NCBI GenBank assembly: GCA_965195285.1
Contig: CBDAFS010000034.1
Location: forward strand, 1-64,000
DNA: 64,000 nt
From: an uncultured Aminicenantes bacterium
Lineage (GTDB): Bacteria > Acidobacteriota > Aminicenantia > UBA2199
Reading direction: 5' to 3'
In this document: positions 17,198-27,038 of the stretch, one piece after another
Numbering within the stretch: the first letter of the stretch is position 1
Layout: the number at the start of each line of letters is the position of its first letter
The notes under the pieces: generated by a model
What the model was told of the DNA's origin: nothing
Seen by the model: the letters and a program-made list of their open reading frames with translations, nothing else
Database searches by the model: none
Program-made: the position numbers and the translations under genes

Positions 17198-19960
17198 TTA
17201 TTGATCTTGCAGGCTGAATTCTTTCAATTTTATGGTCTGCTTGACAAGGCCCCGGGACCAGGGACGGGGCGGTTGCGGAGGCATCAAGTACTGACCACGG
17301 AGTTTAAAAGTCAAACGGGTAAGCGGTAAATGCTGCCGGGCGATCAACCAGACCGAGAGATTCCCGGATATTTTTCCACTGCCCGGGGAAGGTGAAAATA
17401 ACATTTCAATGGCCTGACGGCCTGGGGTAACCGGGATTTGAATCCATTTCCATTTTCCCTTCTGCTCCAGAACCTCGGGCTCAAGATCCTGTCCGTTTCG
17501 TAGAACCTGAACTTGAGGCAACTCAAGGCCTTTCCCTTTCTTGCGGTTTTCAAACAACACGGCCAGCCGGCCGCTTTCCAGAGAAGAATTCACCCTCAAC
17601 CTGGCCTTCAGGCAATAGCCCTGGGAACCGGTTTCGAACCGGACATCTTCATCTTCCAGAACCGGGGAGGAGAGTTCTTTTCTAAAATTCAGCCGGTCAA
17701 GATCAACCGGGTTACCCTCGCTGGACAGGCTTTTGATGCACTTCGGATTCAGAATACACAGATCGGATCCGGTCTGCAATACCCGGATACGGTAACTGTT
17801 TTTTTCACTTTCATCCGTTTCAAAAATCGCATCGGCTAAAAGGGGAACCGCAGCATCACTCAGGGGGTATATCTCATACACTGCGGTTTCAAATCCCATC
17901 AGGGAAATTTCGACTATGTCCCCGGCATCCAGGAGGCGGGGTGATATCCATCGGGTGGGATAGATCCGTTCCAGAACCAGTTCCGGAGATAAAGAGTACA
18001 GATTATTTTTTAATCCGGGCCGCAAAGAGATAACCGTGGGATCAATAACCGGGTTGCGGACAGCAATAACAGATCGATTGTCACATGTATGCACATACCC
18101 GTAGGCCTTACACTGACCCGGGTCTCCTCCGACCATTTCAGTCCGGGTCAGAATCGGAAAGCAGTGCCGGGCCCACAAGATTGATTTGGCAATGGCCTGC
18201 CACTCCCCCGGGGTCAGAAGATCCGGAGACACGTACAATTCCCACATGGATACACCTCTGGCCACGTACAACAGGGCATTATCGGTAAACTTATCCAAAG
18301 GTTCCGTCTCACCCCCCAGCATCTGCAGGTGCCCCTTGATGATTCCATGAGTCATTAAATTGGCCATGGGAAACCAGAAATTGTTTTTTTGCAGCCCTTC
18401 AAACAACACCACATCCCGGTAGGTCATGGCCCGGTCGCGGCGACTGATAGAGGGCACATCGGCATAACCGTAATCATGACCCTGCATCCAGATGGTGTTG
18501 GCATATTTTACCCACCAGGGACTCAACCAGGTACCCGAGGTAATATTCAAAAAAATATCCGGATCAGCCTGACGAACCGTCTGACAGAGTTCCTTGACCG
18601 TTTCCATCACCGCCCGGCGCGAATAGAGGCCGGTCTGGTGACCGTGATCGGGTTCGCTGCAGGAAAACTGAATACCATCCCACTTGAAATAGCCAGCCCG
18701 GTCCCGGCCAACAAAATCAGCCACTCTCTTTTTGAACAGTTTTTTATAGTTTCTTCCGGCCAGGCAGAGCTGGTCTCCGACAACTTCGTACCCGTTCTGC
18801 TTCATCCACTCAATCCGCCAGTCCCGATGGGAATACCCCCCGGTCGGTCCCAGCCAGATTCCCAGGACAGTCCCCTTTTGTATCAGGTAGTCGCTGACGG
18901 GTTTCAGCCCCCGGGGAAACTGCCTGGCTCTTAACTGCCAGTCGCTGCGGTACACATCCCAGCCATCATCCAGCACAAAGGCATCCAGCTTCAATCCGAA
19001 GGGTCTTTCCAGGTTATCCTCGAATAACCGGATGATCCGCATTACATTCTCTTCATTCATGACCTTTTCGGATTTCTTTACCATCTCCGGGGCCCGGAGG
19101 TCATACCAGGTATTGTAAAGGAGATAGGGTCTCAGGGGAGCCACCCGGATATCATTTACATATTGCATAAACCAGAATTTCACCCGGTCGTGGGGGATGA
19201 TGGCTGACACCACCCAATCACCATCAATCCATTTGCTGTGGATGGCTTCGCCCATTTCCTGGCCACAGCCGATTATGGTTAGGTTTTTCGATTGATCGAT
19301 CACACCATTCTCTGAGGCCGGATATTCCACACCCATGAAAATACCGGCAACGCCGTTCTGTAAAACCAGAGGCTGGCCGAACCCCCCCCTTTTGAGAATA
19401 GTGAAATCACCGGTTATCCTGCCATAACGGGACCACATCCACTGTAAAAAATGATGGCCCGCTTCTGGATCTCTTAAAGACAAACCTCTTCTGGCATAAA
19501 AGGTGTCCTTACCCAACTGATAAGTCAGTTTGAGTTCAAACGGATGGTCGATTCCGATAAAAAAAAGAGACAACTTTTCAATTCCCCCGGGCAGATCTTC
19601 TCTGTGGTAGCGCAGAAACCGGAAATCCTTTTTTGAAAGTGAGATTGGATTTTCAGCATTACTGGATTTTCCAGGAGCCCTCCAACCTGTCCAAACCACC
19701 TCCAATTTAAAATCGGCATCGGTTTCAAGCGGGTCTTCGACTCCCAGATAATCCGGTTCCCATTGGCCATTGTATTCAATCCGGTCGAAAAAAAGCGATC
19801 CGTTCTTTATAACCACTGAACAAGTTATATGGGTGTTCCTGATCCGAAATGTTTGGCTGTTTTTTTGATCCTTAACTTGACCTGATAAAGCCAATCCATT
19901 TAATGACAAAACTAACATTGCGGCTACAAAAACAGGCCTGCATGATTCAAAGAATCGCAT
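17198..19960 (-). CDS. secreted glycoside hydrolase, GH36/alpha-galactosidase-like (clan GH-D)
   Basis: YNTWYD, FVLDDGW, FPRGLKP, GIWLGP, YFKWDG; AAGGAG SD before ATG 19960; signal peptide. Confidence 0.7.
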   Translation of the reverse strand: MRFFESCRPVFVAAMLVLSLNGLALSGQVKDQKNSQTFRIRNTHITCSVVIKNGSLFFDRIEYNGQWEPDYLGVEDPLETDADFKLEVVWTGWRAPGKSSNAENPISLSKKDFRFLRYHREDLPGGIEKLSLFFIGIDHPFELKLTYQLGKDTFYARRGLSLRDPEAGHHFLQWMWSRYGRITGDFTILKRGGFGQPLVLQNGVAGIFMGVEYPASENGVIDQSKNLTIIGCGQEMGEAIHSKWIDGDWVVSAIIPHDRVKFWFMQYVNDIRVAPLRPYLLYNTWYDLRAPEMVKKSEKVMNEENVMRIIRLFEDNLERPFGLKLDAFVLDDGWDVYRSDWQLRARQFPRGLKPVSDYLIQKGTVLGIWLGPTGGYSHRDWRIEWMKQNGYEVVGDQLCLAGRNYKKLFKKRVADFVGRDRAGYFKWDGIQFSCSEPDHGHQTGLYSRRAVMETVKELCQTVRQADPDIFLNITSGTWLSPWWVKYANTIWMQGHDYGYADVPSISRRDRAMTYRDVVLFEGLQKNNFWFPMANLMTHGIIKGHLQMLGGETEPLDKFTDNALLYVARGVSMWELYVSPDLLTPGEWQAIAKSILWARHCFPILTRTEMVGGDPGQCKAYGYVHTCDNRSVIAVRNPVIDPTVISLRPGLKNNLYSLSPELVLERIYPTRWISPRLLDAGDIVEISLMGFETAVYEIYPLSDAAVPLLADAIFETDESEKNSYRIRVLQTGSDLCILNPKCIKSLSSEGNPVDLDRLNFRKELSSPVLEDEDVRFETGSQGYCLKARLRVNSSLESGRLAVLFENRKKGKGLELPQVQVLRNGQDLEPEVLEQKGKWKWIQIPVTPGRQAIEMLFSPSPGSGKISGNLSVWLIARQHLPLTRLTFKLRGQYLMPPQPPRPWSRGLVKQTIKLKEFSLQDQ

Positions 19961-20110
19961 TCTGATCTCCTTAAAGATAAAGATTGATCGGCTAACGGCA
20001 AAAAAACTGTTCACCTGTACATTGTATGAAAAATGCAAACAGAGTTCAATTATTGGGGAGGGGGCGGAGGATTACAATTTGACATTTTAAGACACTCTGG
20101 CTTTCTCTCT

Positions 20111-20641
20111 TTAAAAAGAGGTAGATGTTCCCCAGGGATAATAGTTTCGATTCAGGCAAAAAATTCCGGAGACACCGGAAGTGAGTTGGATGATAAATTC
20201 AAGGATTTCATCCCCGACCTGTACATATGGTTCAAGAATGCAAATGGTATATCCACCGGGTTCCAAATTTTCAATCTTGAAATCCAGATCAAAAAGGCAA
20301 AGGCAAAAACAGCCGGCTTCCTGTTCATTTTCAGTAATGGTAATCAGATTCCCAACAATATCAATATCTGCCAGTATTTCACCGGGACAACAATTAAAAC
20401 CGGCATTCACATGTTTTAATATCAATGTCTGGCCATCATAAGCATATTCAATACAATCTTGATTTTTGGCAGCATCGGTTCCGGTTTCAATTCCGGTGGT
20501 CCATTCTTTACAACCCTGATACTCGACCAATATACCGGAGGGAAGAAGCTCATCTACCTGGGAATCCCTGCAACTCACTACCAGCAAGGCCGCACTGACA
20601 AACACACATAAACCCAACCCAATAATAATTCGGCTATTCAT
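20111..20641 (-). CDS. Cys-rich hypothetical lipoprotein
   Basis: lipobox VVSC; NCCP and CFCLC motifs. Confidence 0.65.
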   Translation of the reverse strand: MNSRIIIGLGLCVFVSAALLVVSCRDSQVDELLPSGILVEYQGCKEWTTGIETGTDAAKNQDCIEYAYDGQTLILKHVNAGFNCCPGEILADIDIVGNLITITENEQEAGCFCLCLFDLDFKIENLEPGGYTICILEPYVQVGDEILEFIIQLTSGVSGIFCLNRNYYPWGTSTSF

Positions 20642-20793
20642 TGGATAATCTCCATTAATAAAAAATTAGCTATCGCATTTTTGCTTTTCTTTGATAATGA
20701 ATGCAAAATCATTTCCAAATCCACACCCTTTTTTTGTCTCAAAAACAGGACAATAAATTCGAATTTCAAGAAAAAAAGAAAATTGAAAGTCTT

Positions 20794-22767
20794 CTATTTT
20801 TTACCAAACAATCCCATTTCCACGATCTCGGCAATATCCCAGACCTTTAGCCGGTCATCCAATTCATTGTCTTTCACCGCATCGGTAAACATGAGCACAC
20901 AAAAAGGGCAGGCTGTGGCCACACCGTCAGGGCTCTTGGCCAGCACGTCTTTCAGCCGGAAGTGGTTGATGCGCTCACCCGTCTTCTCATCCATCCACAT
21001 CCAGCTTCCCCCGGCACCGCAACACAGGGAATCCCGACGGGAACGGTCCATTTCCACCAGCTCCAGCGACCTGGCGGAGCGAAGTACCTGGCGGGGGGAC
21101 TCATAAATATTGCTGTAACGGCCCAGATAACAGGGATCATGGTAAGTAATCTTTTTATCAACCGGATGGGTAAGTGAAATCCGCTGGTTCCGGATCTGCT
21201 GAGCCAGATAATCGGCATGGTGAATCACTTCGGCCTGAAAGCCCAGCTGAGAATACTCGACTTTCAGGGTATTGAGGCAGTGGGGGCAGGTGGTCAGGAT
21301 TTTTTTGATATTGTATTTATTGAAGGTTTCGATATTGGTCTGGGCGAGCATCTGGTAGAGGTATTCATTGCCGGCTCTCCGGGCCGGATCGCCGCAACAT
21401 CCCTCTTCCATACCCAGGATGGCAAATTTTTCCCCCAGATGTTTCAGAATCCTGACCATGGCCAGAGCCACATTCTTATTGCGGTCATCATAGGAACGCA
21501 TGCAGCCGACAAAAAGCAGGAAATCAATATTTTTATCTTCCAGCTCCGAAAGCACGGGGACGTCCAGTTCACTGACCCATTCCGCCCGGGTGCTCTGGCT
21601 CAGTCCCCAGGGATTGGAATTGGTTTCCAGCCCTTTAAATGCCACCTTCAATTCCTCGGGAAATTGGCCTTCCATCAACACCTTGTACCGTCTCATATCA
21701 ATGACTTTATCCACATGCTCGATGTGAACCGGACAGTGTTCCATGCAAGACCGACAGGTTGTGCAGGCCCATACTTCTTCCTCCTGAACGGCTCCCCCGA
21801 TCAGCTGGGGAACCTCCCCGGGTTCGGTGCCCCCGGACCTGGCCTTTACAATTAGGGGGGCCTGCCTTAGAAAATGATCGCCCAGATCATTGATCAGCTT
21901 TTTCGGAGAAAGCGACTTCTGGGTTAAAAAGGCCGGACAATGATCCTGACAGCGTCCGCAGCGGGTACAGGCATCCAGATCCATCAGTTGTTTCCAGGTA
22001 AACTCATGGATTTTCGAAATACCAAAAGTCTCGGCTTTTTCATCCTCCAGGTCAATCAGCTTCAACTCCCCCCGTGGCTTGCGGGAACTGAAAATCATAT
22101 TCAGGGGAGAGCTGATTAGATGGAAGAGTTTGGAATAGGGAATATAGGCAATGGTACCAAGGACCAGAAAAAAATGAATGCGAAAGGTAAAAAGTGAAAG
22201 CCACCTCTTGGCGGACAGTTCCATACCGGTCAGATTGATCAGGGCAGCCAAGACCTGGCCTACCGGCGCCCAGGCCTGGGAATCCTTTCCAATGATTGAC
22301 AGCCGGAAGGCCTCCATGAGTAATCCGGTGACAAAAATAAATAAAATCAAAAAAAGAGCGGTAAAATCATCAAACCGATTATCCAACCGATCGGGTCGGG
22401 AAATGAGCCGGCGATAAAACACCAGCAACACCCCTGATATGGCTCCCACGGCAATGATATCCAGCAGCAGCGAAATGAACCGGGTCAGAAAAACCGGCAG
22501 GGTAAAACTGAACTGGGTGAGGATAATTACTGCCAACGGTATTAAAAAACCAACAAATATCAACAAATGCAGGATGCCCGGATACAGATCCTGCAGAATC
22601 CGCCGATGAATTATCCCTTCCAGAAAAAAAACTTTTAAGCGGGACAGCAAGGAACCGGACCGTCTCTCTGCCGTGCCTATTTTCCAGAATCGTATTCGCC
22701 GCTGCAATCCAAGGGCAAATATAAAGAGGGCCAGGAGAATCAAAAAGACATCATTGGTTTTAATCAT
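20794..22767 (-). CDS. membrane Fe-S oxidoreductase, NarI/DsrM-like membrane domain fused to HdrD/GlpC-like 2x4Fe-4S and CCG domains (HdrF/FadF type)
   Basis: N-terminal TM helices with His residues, CTRCGRCQDHCP, CTTCRSCMEHCP, GCCGDP, YHDPCYLGR, CCGAGG, TACPFC. Confidence 0.88.
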   Translation of the reverse strand: MIKTNDVFLILLALFIFALGLQRRIRFWKIGTAERRSGSLLSRLKVFFLEGIIHRRILQDLYPGILHLLIFVGFLIPLAVIILTQFSFTLPVFLTRFISLLLDIIAVGAISGVLLVFYRRLISRPDRLDNRFDDFTALFLILFIFVTGLLMEAFRLSIIGKDSQAWAPVGQVLAALINLTGMELSAKRWLSLFTFRIHFFLVLGTIAYIPYSKLFHLISSPLNMIFSSRKPRGELKLIDLEDEKAETFGISKIHEFTWKQLMDLDACTRCGRCQDHCPAFLTQKSLSPKKLINDLGDHFLRQAPLIVKARSGGTEPGEVPQLIGGAVQEEEVWACTTCRSCMEHCPVHIEHVDKVIDMRRYKVLMEGQFPEELKVAFKGLETNSNPWGLSQSTRAEWVSELDVPVLSELEDKNIDFLLFVGCMRSYDDRNKNVALAMVRILKHLGEKFAILGMEEGCCGDPARRAGNEYLYQMLAQTNIETFNKYNIKKILTTCPHCLNTLKVEYSQLGFQAEVIHHADYLAQQIRNQRISLTHPVDKKITYHDPCYLGRYSNIYESPRQVLRSARSLELVEMDRSRRDSLCCGAGGSWMWMDEKTGERINHFRLKDVLAKSPDGVATACPFCVLMFTDAVKDNELDDRLKVWDIAEIVEMGLFGKK

Positions 22768-23389
22768 TTTTATCCTGTAGGTTTTCAAACTGGTTTTCTT
22801 CAAACACAACCCGACCCGGGGCCAGCATCACCTGGTGACAGTTGAGACATTTCAGGTTCTTGGGAGGCCCCTCGAATTCTTTGCGGTGACAGTCCAGACA
22901 CTCCCGTATACCGGGACGATTGGTGGTATTTTTCATATAGTCATGCCCGGCGCTACGATGGCAATCCAGACAATCCAGACCCTCATCATGATGGATGCGG
23001 TGATTGAACTGAATCACCTGCTTCTTGACCCGGTAGCCCAGGGTTAACACCTCCGGGTGGCAAAACAAACACAATCCGGAAGTCAAGGGATCATCGGCCA
23101 GATACTCGGGCGGAACCACCCAGTCTCTGATATTTTCCAGAAATTTTCCATCCTGGAACAAGGTCTTTGGTTTGCGGTAATGGCATTCATGGCAGCTGGT
23201 TTGATCCGAGGGGTGGCCATTTGATCGGACCCATAAATCATTATGCTCGGGATGACAGCTTTGGCAGACCGAAGAACTGGTGGCCGAATAGCGAACCATG
23301 AACCCGATCCCCCACCCGGCCATAACAATCAGACCCACCAGTATAAACAACAAAACAAAAAACTTCTTGCTTGCTTTTACCCCAGCCAT
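22760..23389 (-). CDS. membrane-anchored hexaheme cytochrome c
   Basis: N-terminal TM; six CxxCH (CQSCH, CHECH, CLFCH, CLDCH, CLDCH, CLNCH). Confidence 0.88.
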   Translation of the reverse strand: MAGVKASKKFFVLLFILVGLIVMAGWGIGFMVRYSATSSSVCQSCHPEHNDLWVRSNGHPSDQTSCHECHYRKPKTLFQDGKFLENIRDWVVPPEYLADDPLTSGLCLFCHPEVLTLGYRVKKQVIQFNHRIHHDEGLDCLDCHRSAGHDYMKNTTNRPGIRECLDCHRKEFEGPPKNLKCLNCHQVMLAPGRVVFEENQFENLQDKND

Positions 23390-23390
23390 A

Positions 23391-24686
23391 TTATTGCTTC
23401 GCTTTCACCACATCAATGGATAACACATAAATTTCCGGTGACTGTCGGCCAGTGGGCGGGCCTGACAACAACACTTTATCACCATTATAACTGATTCCCC
23501 GGGGAGTACAGAAAGCAGGAACCTGGGGGAAATCCATAGGAATTACCCCACTGGCATATCCGGGGACCCGGGGGTCCAGAATCAAATATTCCTTTCCGCT
23601 TGACAGGACCATCATCATCCCTTGGTACACATTTTTATAAAACAGGCAGAAACTTTTCCCGGCAAATCCGTACAGTTCAATCCGGGGAGTGGACGGCGAA
23701 CTGATTTTCTGCAATCCGGATCCATCCACTTTCACCCGATAGGTACCGATTCCCTGCTCTTTATTTCCGCTATAGAAAAACACCACCTGTTTACCGTCAA
23801 AACCAATATCAGCCATACTGAACCAGCGATCGCTGAAACGGGTAATTCGGGTTGCAGGGCCGTCCGGCCAGGTCATAACATACAGGTCATAGTCTGCTTT
23901 ATCTTCACTGGATTGGGCACCAAATAACAGTTTATCCCCGTTACCGCTCAGCGCAAACGCCCAGCCACCGCCCAGCAGGGGGTTTCGGGGGTAAGTCGGC
24001 CAGTTCCAGGTTTCATCAGCAAAAACCGGGCCCAAGGCCATAGACCGGGTCTTGTTTTTCAGATCCAACAAAATAATCCCGCTGCAACTTCCGAATCGGC
24101 GGGGTCCCAGATGCCCCTTTACCGCACAGGCAATCCGGGCTCCGTCATCATTGATGGCAAAATGTGAAATTCGCTCCCAGTTTGAACTCTGAAATCCCAT
24201 GGACCCGGCATCCAATCCTTTCAGACTCTCATGGGGAAAACTGAACAGTTGAATCCGCTTATCAGCGGTATTGGCTACGGCCAGAAAATGATCTATAATA
24301 TTTTCGGGCTCACCCAGAGACAGTAAAAAGACAGCGGTTCGGCCGTCTCCGCTCAGCAAGGGGGGTTTAGAACCCATCATAAGTCTACCCTGGCCAAATG
24401 GTTTCTGGAGCGAATGATCGGCTTCCGAAAAAATTTCGGCCTCTTGGCCGGTATCCAGCTGGAGGAAACGGACCGATTTATGGGTATTGCCATCCGATTT
24501 CATTTCCAGTATATAAATGATGGCCTGACCGTTTCCGCTGATACTGGAGGAAAGCACTTTGTGGTTTCCGGAAAAGGTTACCCGCTCGATTTTAGTGGGC
24601 AGGGTCGTCACCCGGGGAAAAACCAGGGACACCGAGACCAGAAATATAAAAATCCCCATCCATATATATTGACATGTCTTATTCAC
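23391..24686 (-). CDS. secreted TolB-like beta-propeller protein
   Basis: signal peptide; repeated SxxG blades (ISGNG, LSGDG, INDDG, LSGNG, GFDG, SYNG). Confidence 0.65.
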   Translation of the reverse strand: MNKTCQYIWMGIFIFLVSVSLVFPRVTTLPTKIERVTFSGNHKVLSSSISGNGQAIIYILEMKSDGNTHKSVRFLQLDTGQEAEIFSEADHSLQKPFGQGRLMMGSKPPLLSGDGRTAVFLLSLGEPENIIDHFLAVANTADKRIQLFSFPHESLKGLDAGSMGFQSSNWERISHFAINDDGARIACAVKGHLGPRRFGSCSGIILLDLKNKTRSMALGPVFADETWNWPTYPRNPLLGGGWAFALSGNGDKLLFGAQSSEDKADYDLYVMTWPDGPATRITRFSDRWFSMADIGFDGKQVVFFYSGNKEQGIGTYRVKVDGSGLQKISSPSTPRIELYGFAGKSFCLFYKNVYQGMMMVLSSGKEYLILDPRVPGYASGVIPMDFPQVPAFCTPRGISYNGDKVLLSGPPTGRQSPEIYVLSIDVVKAKQ

Positions 24687-24731
24687 CCTTCTTTACCTCC
24701 GTTTAGACCCAAACATTATTCCCATAACCAT

Positions 24732-27026
24732 TTAAATTTTTTCAACCGTTATGAGGGTGTCCTTCAATCCCTGGCCGGGCCAGCTGGCCGCACATTGGCT
24801 TTCAATGATCTGATGAGGGTTCACCCCGTTCCCTTTTTCCCCCCACCAGATCAATCCGGTATCCCGGTCCTGGCTTTTGAAGGCTTTGCCCCGGGCCACA
24901 TTACCGACACCCGAATGCCCCACTCCGGTAGCCAGGGCTGCCGAATCCGGATGAATTCTTTCCGTGGCCAGGACCCGTATGATCAGACTGCCAACCGAAG
25001 AGGTTACCCGTACCCTGCTGCCATTTTTTATTCCCAGTTTACGGGCTGAACCGGTGTTCATCCAGAGCTGATTCTGGTGGAAAAATTCTCGGACCCACTT
25101 GCTGTTTGCCGTTCCATAGGCTGACAAATTGGGTTTGAAGGTGGTCAGGACAAATACATTATTGCCTTTGGCCCCCTGGTTCGGAAGAGACTGATATTCC
25201 GGCAGGTCAAATGGTGTACTGGCTTTCAGAACCGGTGAATATTGCTGAAAAAGAACTTCGGTTTCAGCCAGAGAGAGCGAGTGCTCCCCCTCCCAGTACC
25301 CGTGTTTCATTAAATATTGAATCCCGCCCTGCCGGGAAATATCTTCGTGCCCGCCAATTTTCTTCCTCACAAAATCCAGGGTATCTTCATAGGGAAGGAA
25401 CTCGGCCATTTTTCCACCCAGCCTTCTGGACAGTTCCAGGCATAGGTTGCCTATTTCCCGGGATTCTCCCCGGGGACGAAACTGCCGGTCCAGTAATTTG
25501 CCGATATTGAATGCCGGGGACCTCAAGACCTGGGCATCACTCAGCAGGGTAGCTGCCGGCTGGTTGAAATTAATCAGAGGTTTCCGCTCCATCGAAAGCC
25601 GGGTTTCCACACCCCATGATTCCAGATAGGTAGCTGCCGGCAGCACCAGATCGGCCAGCAGGGCCGTTTCGGTCATATGGGTATCCATGACCACCAGAAA
25701 GGGAATCTTATCCTCATCTTTCAGTATTTTTTCAAGGGCCAGACAATCGGCATCAGAATAAGCCGGATTGGATTGATAGATCAAACAGGTATCCAGGCCG
25801 CTTTTCGATTCGACCATGGTCTTCAGGTCGGCAAAACCGGTTGGTCTGGTTTCGGCAGACTTTGAAATCCGGAAAATCCGATCTTTTTCCGATCCCCCCC
25901 CCGGATAAAACAGGCCGCCCTTTTTTCCGATATTACCCACCAGCAGATTTAACAGGGCAATACAACGGGCACTTTCAAATCCATTATAATGATCGGTTAC
26001 CCCTCCGCCCACCAGGGCAACAGCCGGTGATCCGGTGGCAAACCGCAGGGCCAGTTTTTCAATCACCCGGGAGGGAACACCGCATTCCGATTCAGCATAA
26101 TCAGGAGTATACCGGGACACATGCTTTTTTAATCGAGTGATGAAGCCTTGATTTTTTTTTCTGAAATAATCCCGGTGATACTGACCGCTATCCAGAATCA
26201 CCTTGACCAGTGCCAATGCCAGAAGTCCGTCGGTTCCTGCTTTCAGGGGTATCCATTCATCGCTTCCGGCTGCTGTCTTGGACATTCTGACATCAAAAGT
26301 GACCAGCCGGGCCCCGTTATCAACCCGGGCCCTTACCAGTCGCCGGGCCATGCCCACAAACCGGTCATGATTTTCATAAGGATTGGCCCCGAAATTAAAA
26401 ATGGTATGACTGTTCTCGATATCCGCTTCCAAAAGGGGCAGGCCAAATACGGATGCCAGAGCAGCCTGGCCACAGTTGTTTTTTTCAACCTGCCTCTGCA
26501 AAACGTTTGAACATCCCAGGCTTGAAAGAAACTCATTCAGTAACGGGTCTTCCGACCCTGAATCCACAACCAGCCGATGGGTTTCTCCCCGGGAAATCAA
26601 GGGCTCCAGACGGGTAAACAGAATGGAATAGGCTTCATCCCAGGTAATGCGGCTCCAGCTGGAGCTGCCCCGGGGCCCTACCCTTTTCAGAGGGTAGAGC
26701 AGCCGCTCCACATCATTGACCAGGTTGATCCCGGCAATCCCCTTGGCACACAAACCGCCGCGGTTATCGGGGTGATCGGGATTCCCCAGCACCTGTACCA
26801 GCCGGTCACCGTCCAGATAGGCGATAATCCCACAGCCGGCCGGACACTGTCTGCAGGTGGTGGGAATGGCCTGGTACTTTTTCAATGAAGTCCGGGAAAC
26901 CGAGGCCGGCAATCCCTGATCCGGCTTGGTTTTTCCCTGTGCGTATTTATGGGCAGTCAGCCCGGCAAATCCGGACAGGCCCAGTTTCATGAACCATCTT
27001 CTTGATATTCCTGTTTTAAAAAACAT
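24732..27026 (-). CDS. Tat-exported molybdopterin oxidoreductase-family subunit (PsrA/ArrA/TtrA-related, divergent)
   Basis: SRRWFMK Tat motif; CRQCPAGC...C Fe-S motif; RLLYPLKR; TETALLADLVLPAATYLE; AAGGA SD favours ATG 27026 (alternative 27035). Confidence 0.88.
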   Translation of the reverse strand: MFFKTGISRRWFMKLGLSGFAGLTAHKYAQGKTKPDQGLPASVSRTSLKKYQAIPTTCRQCPAGCGIIAYLDGDRLVQVLGNPDHPDNRGGLCAKGIAGINLVNDVERLLYPLKRVGPRGSSSWSRITWDEAYSILFTRLEPLISRGETHRLVVDSGSEDPLLNEFLSSLGCSNVLQRQVEKNNCGQAALASVFGLPLLEADIENSHTIFNFGANPYENHDRFVGMARRLVRARVDNGARLVTFDVRMSKTAAGSDEWIPLKAGTDGLLALALVKVILDSGQYHRDYFRKKNQGFITRLKKHVSRYTPDYAESECGVPSRVIEKLALRFATGSPAVALVGGGVTDHYNGFESARCIALLNLLVGNIGKKGGLFYPGGGSEKDRIFRISKSAETRPTGFADLKTMVESKSGLDTCLIYQSNPAYSDADCLALEKILKDEDKIPFLVVMDTHMTETALLADLVLPAATYLESWGVETRLSMERKPLINFNQPAATLLSDAQVLRSPAFNIGKLLDRQFRPRGESREIGNLCLELSRRLGGKMAEFLPYEDTLDFVRKKIGGHEDISRQGGIQYLMKHGYWEGEHSLSLAETEVLFQQYSPVLKASTPFDLPEYQSLPNQGAKGNNVFVLTTFKPNLSAYGTANSKWVREFFHQNQLWMNTGSARKLGIKNGSRVRVTSSVGSLIIRVLATERIHPDSAALATGVGHSGVGNVARGKAFKSQDRDTGLIWWGEKGNGVNPHQIIESQCAASWPGQGLKDTLITVEKI

Positions 27027-27038
27027 GGTTAACATTCC

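Noticed and set aside
24732-27026. Calling the Mo-family gene arrA, psrA or ttrA, or a selenoprotein
   Set aside because: Active-site residues do not fit those enzymes and the frame has no internal TGA
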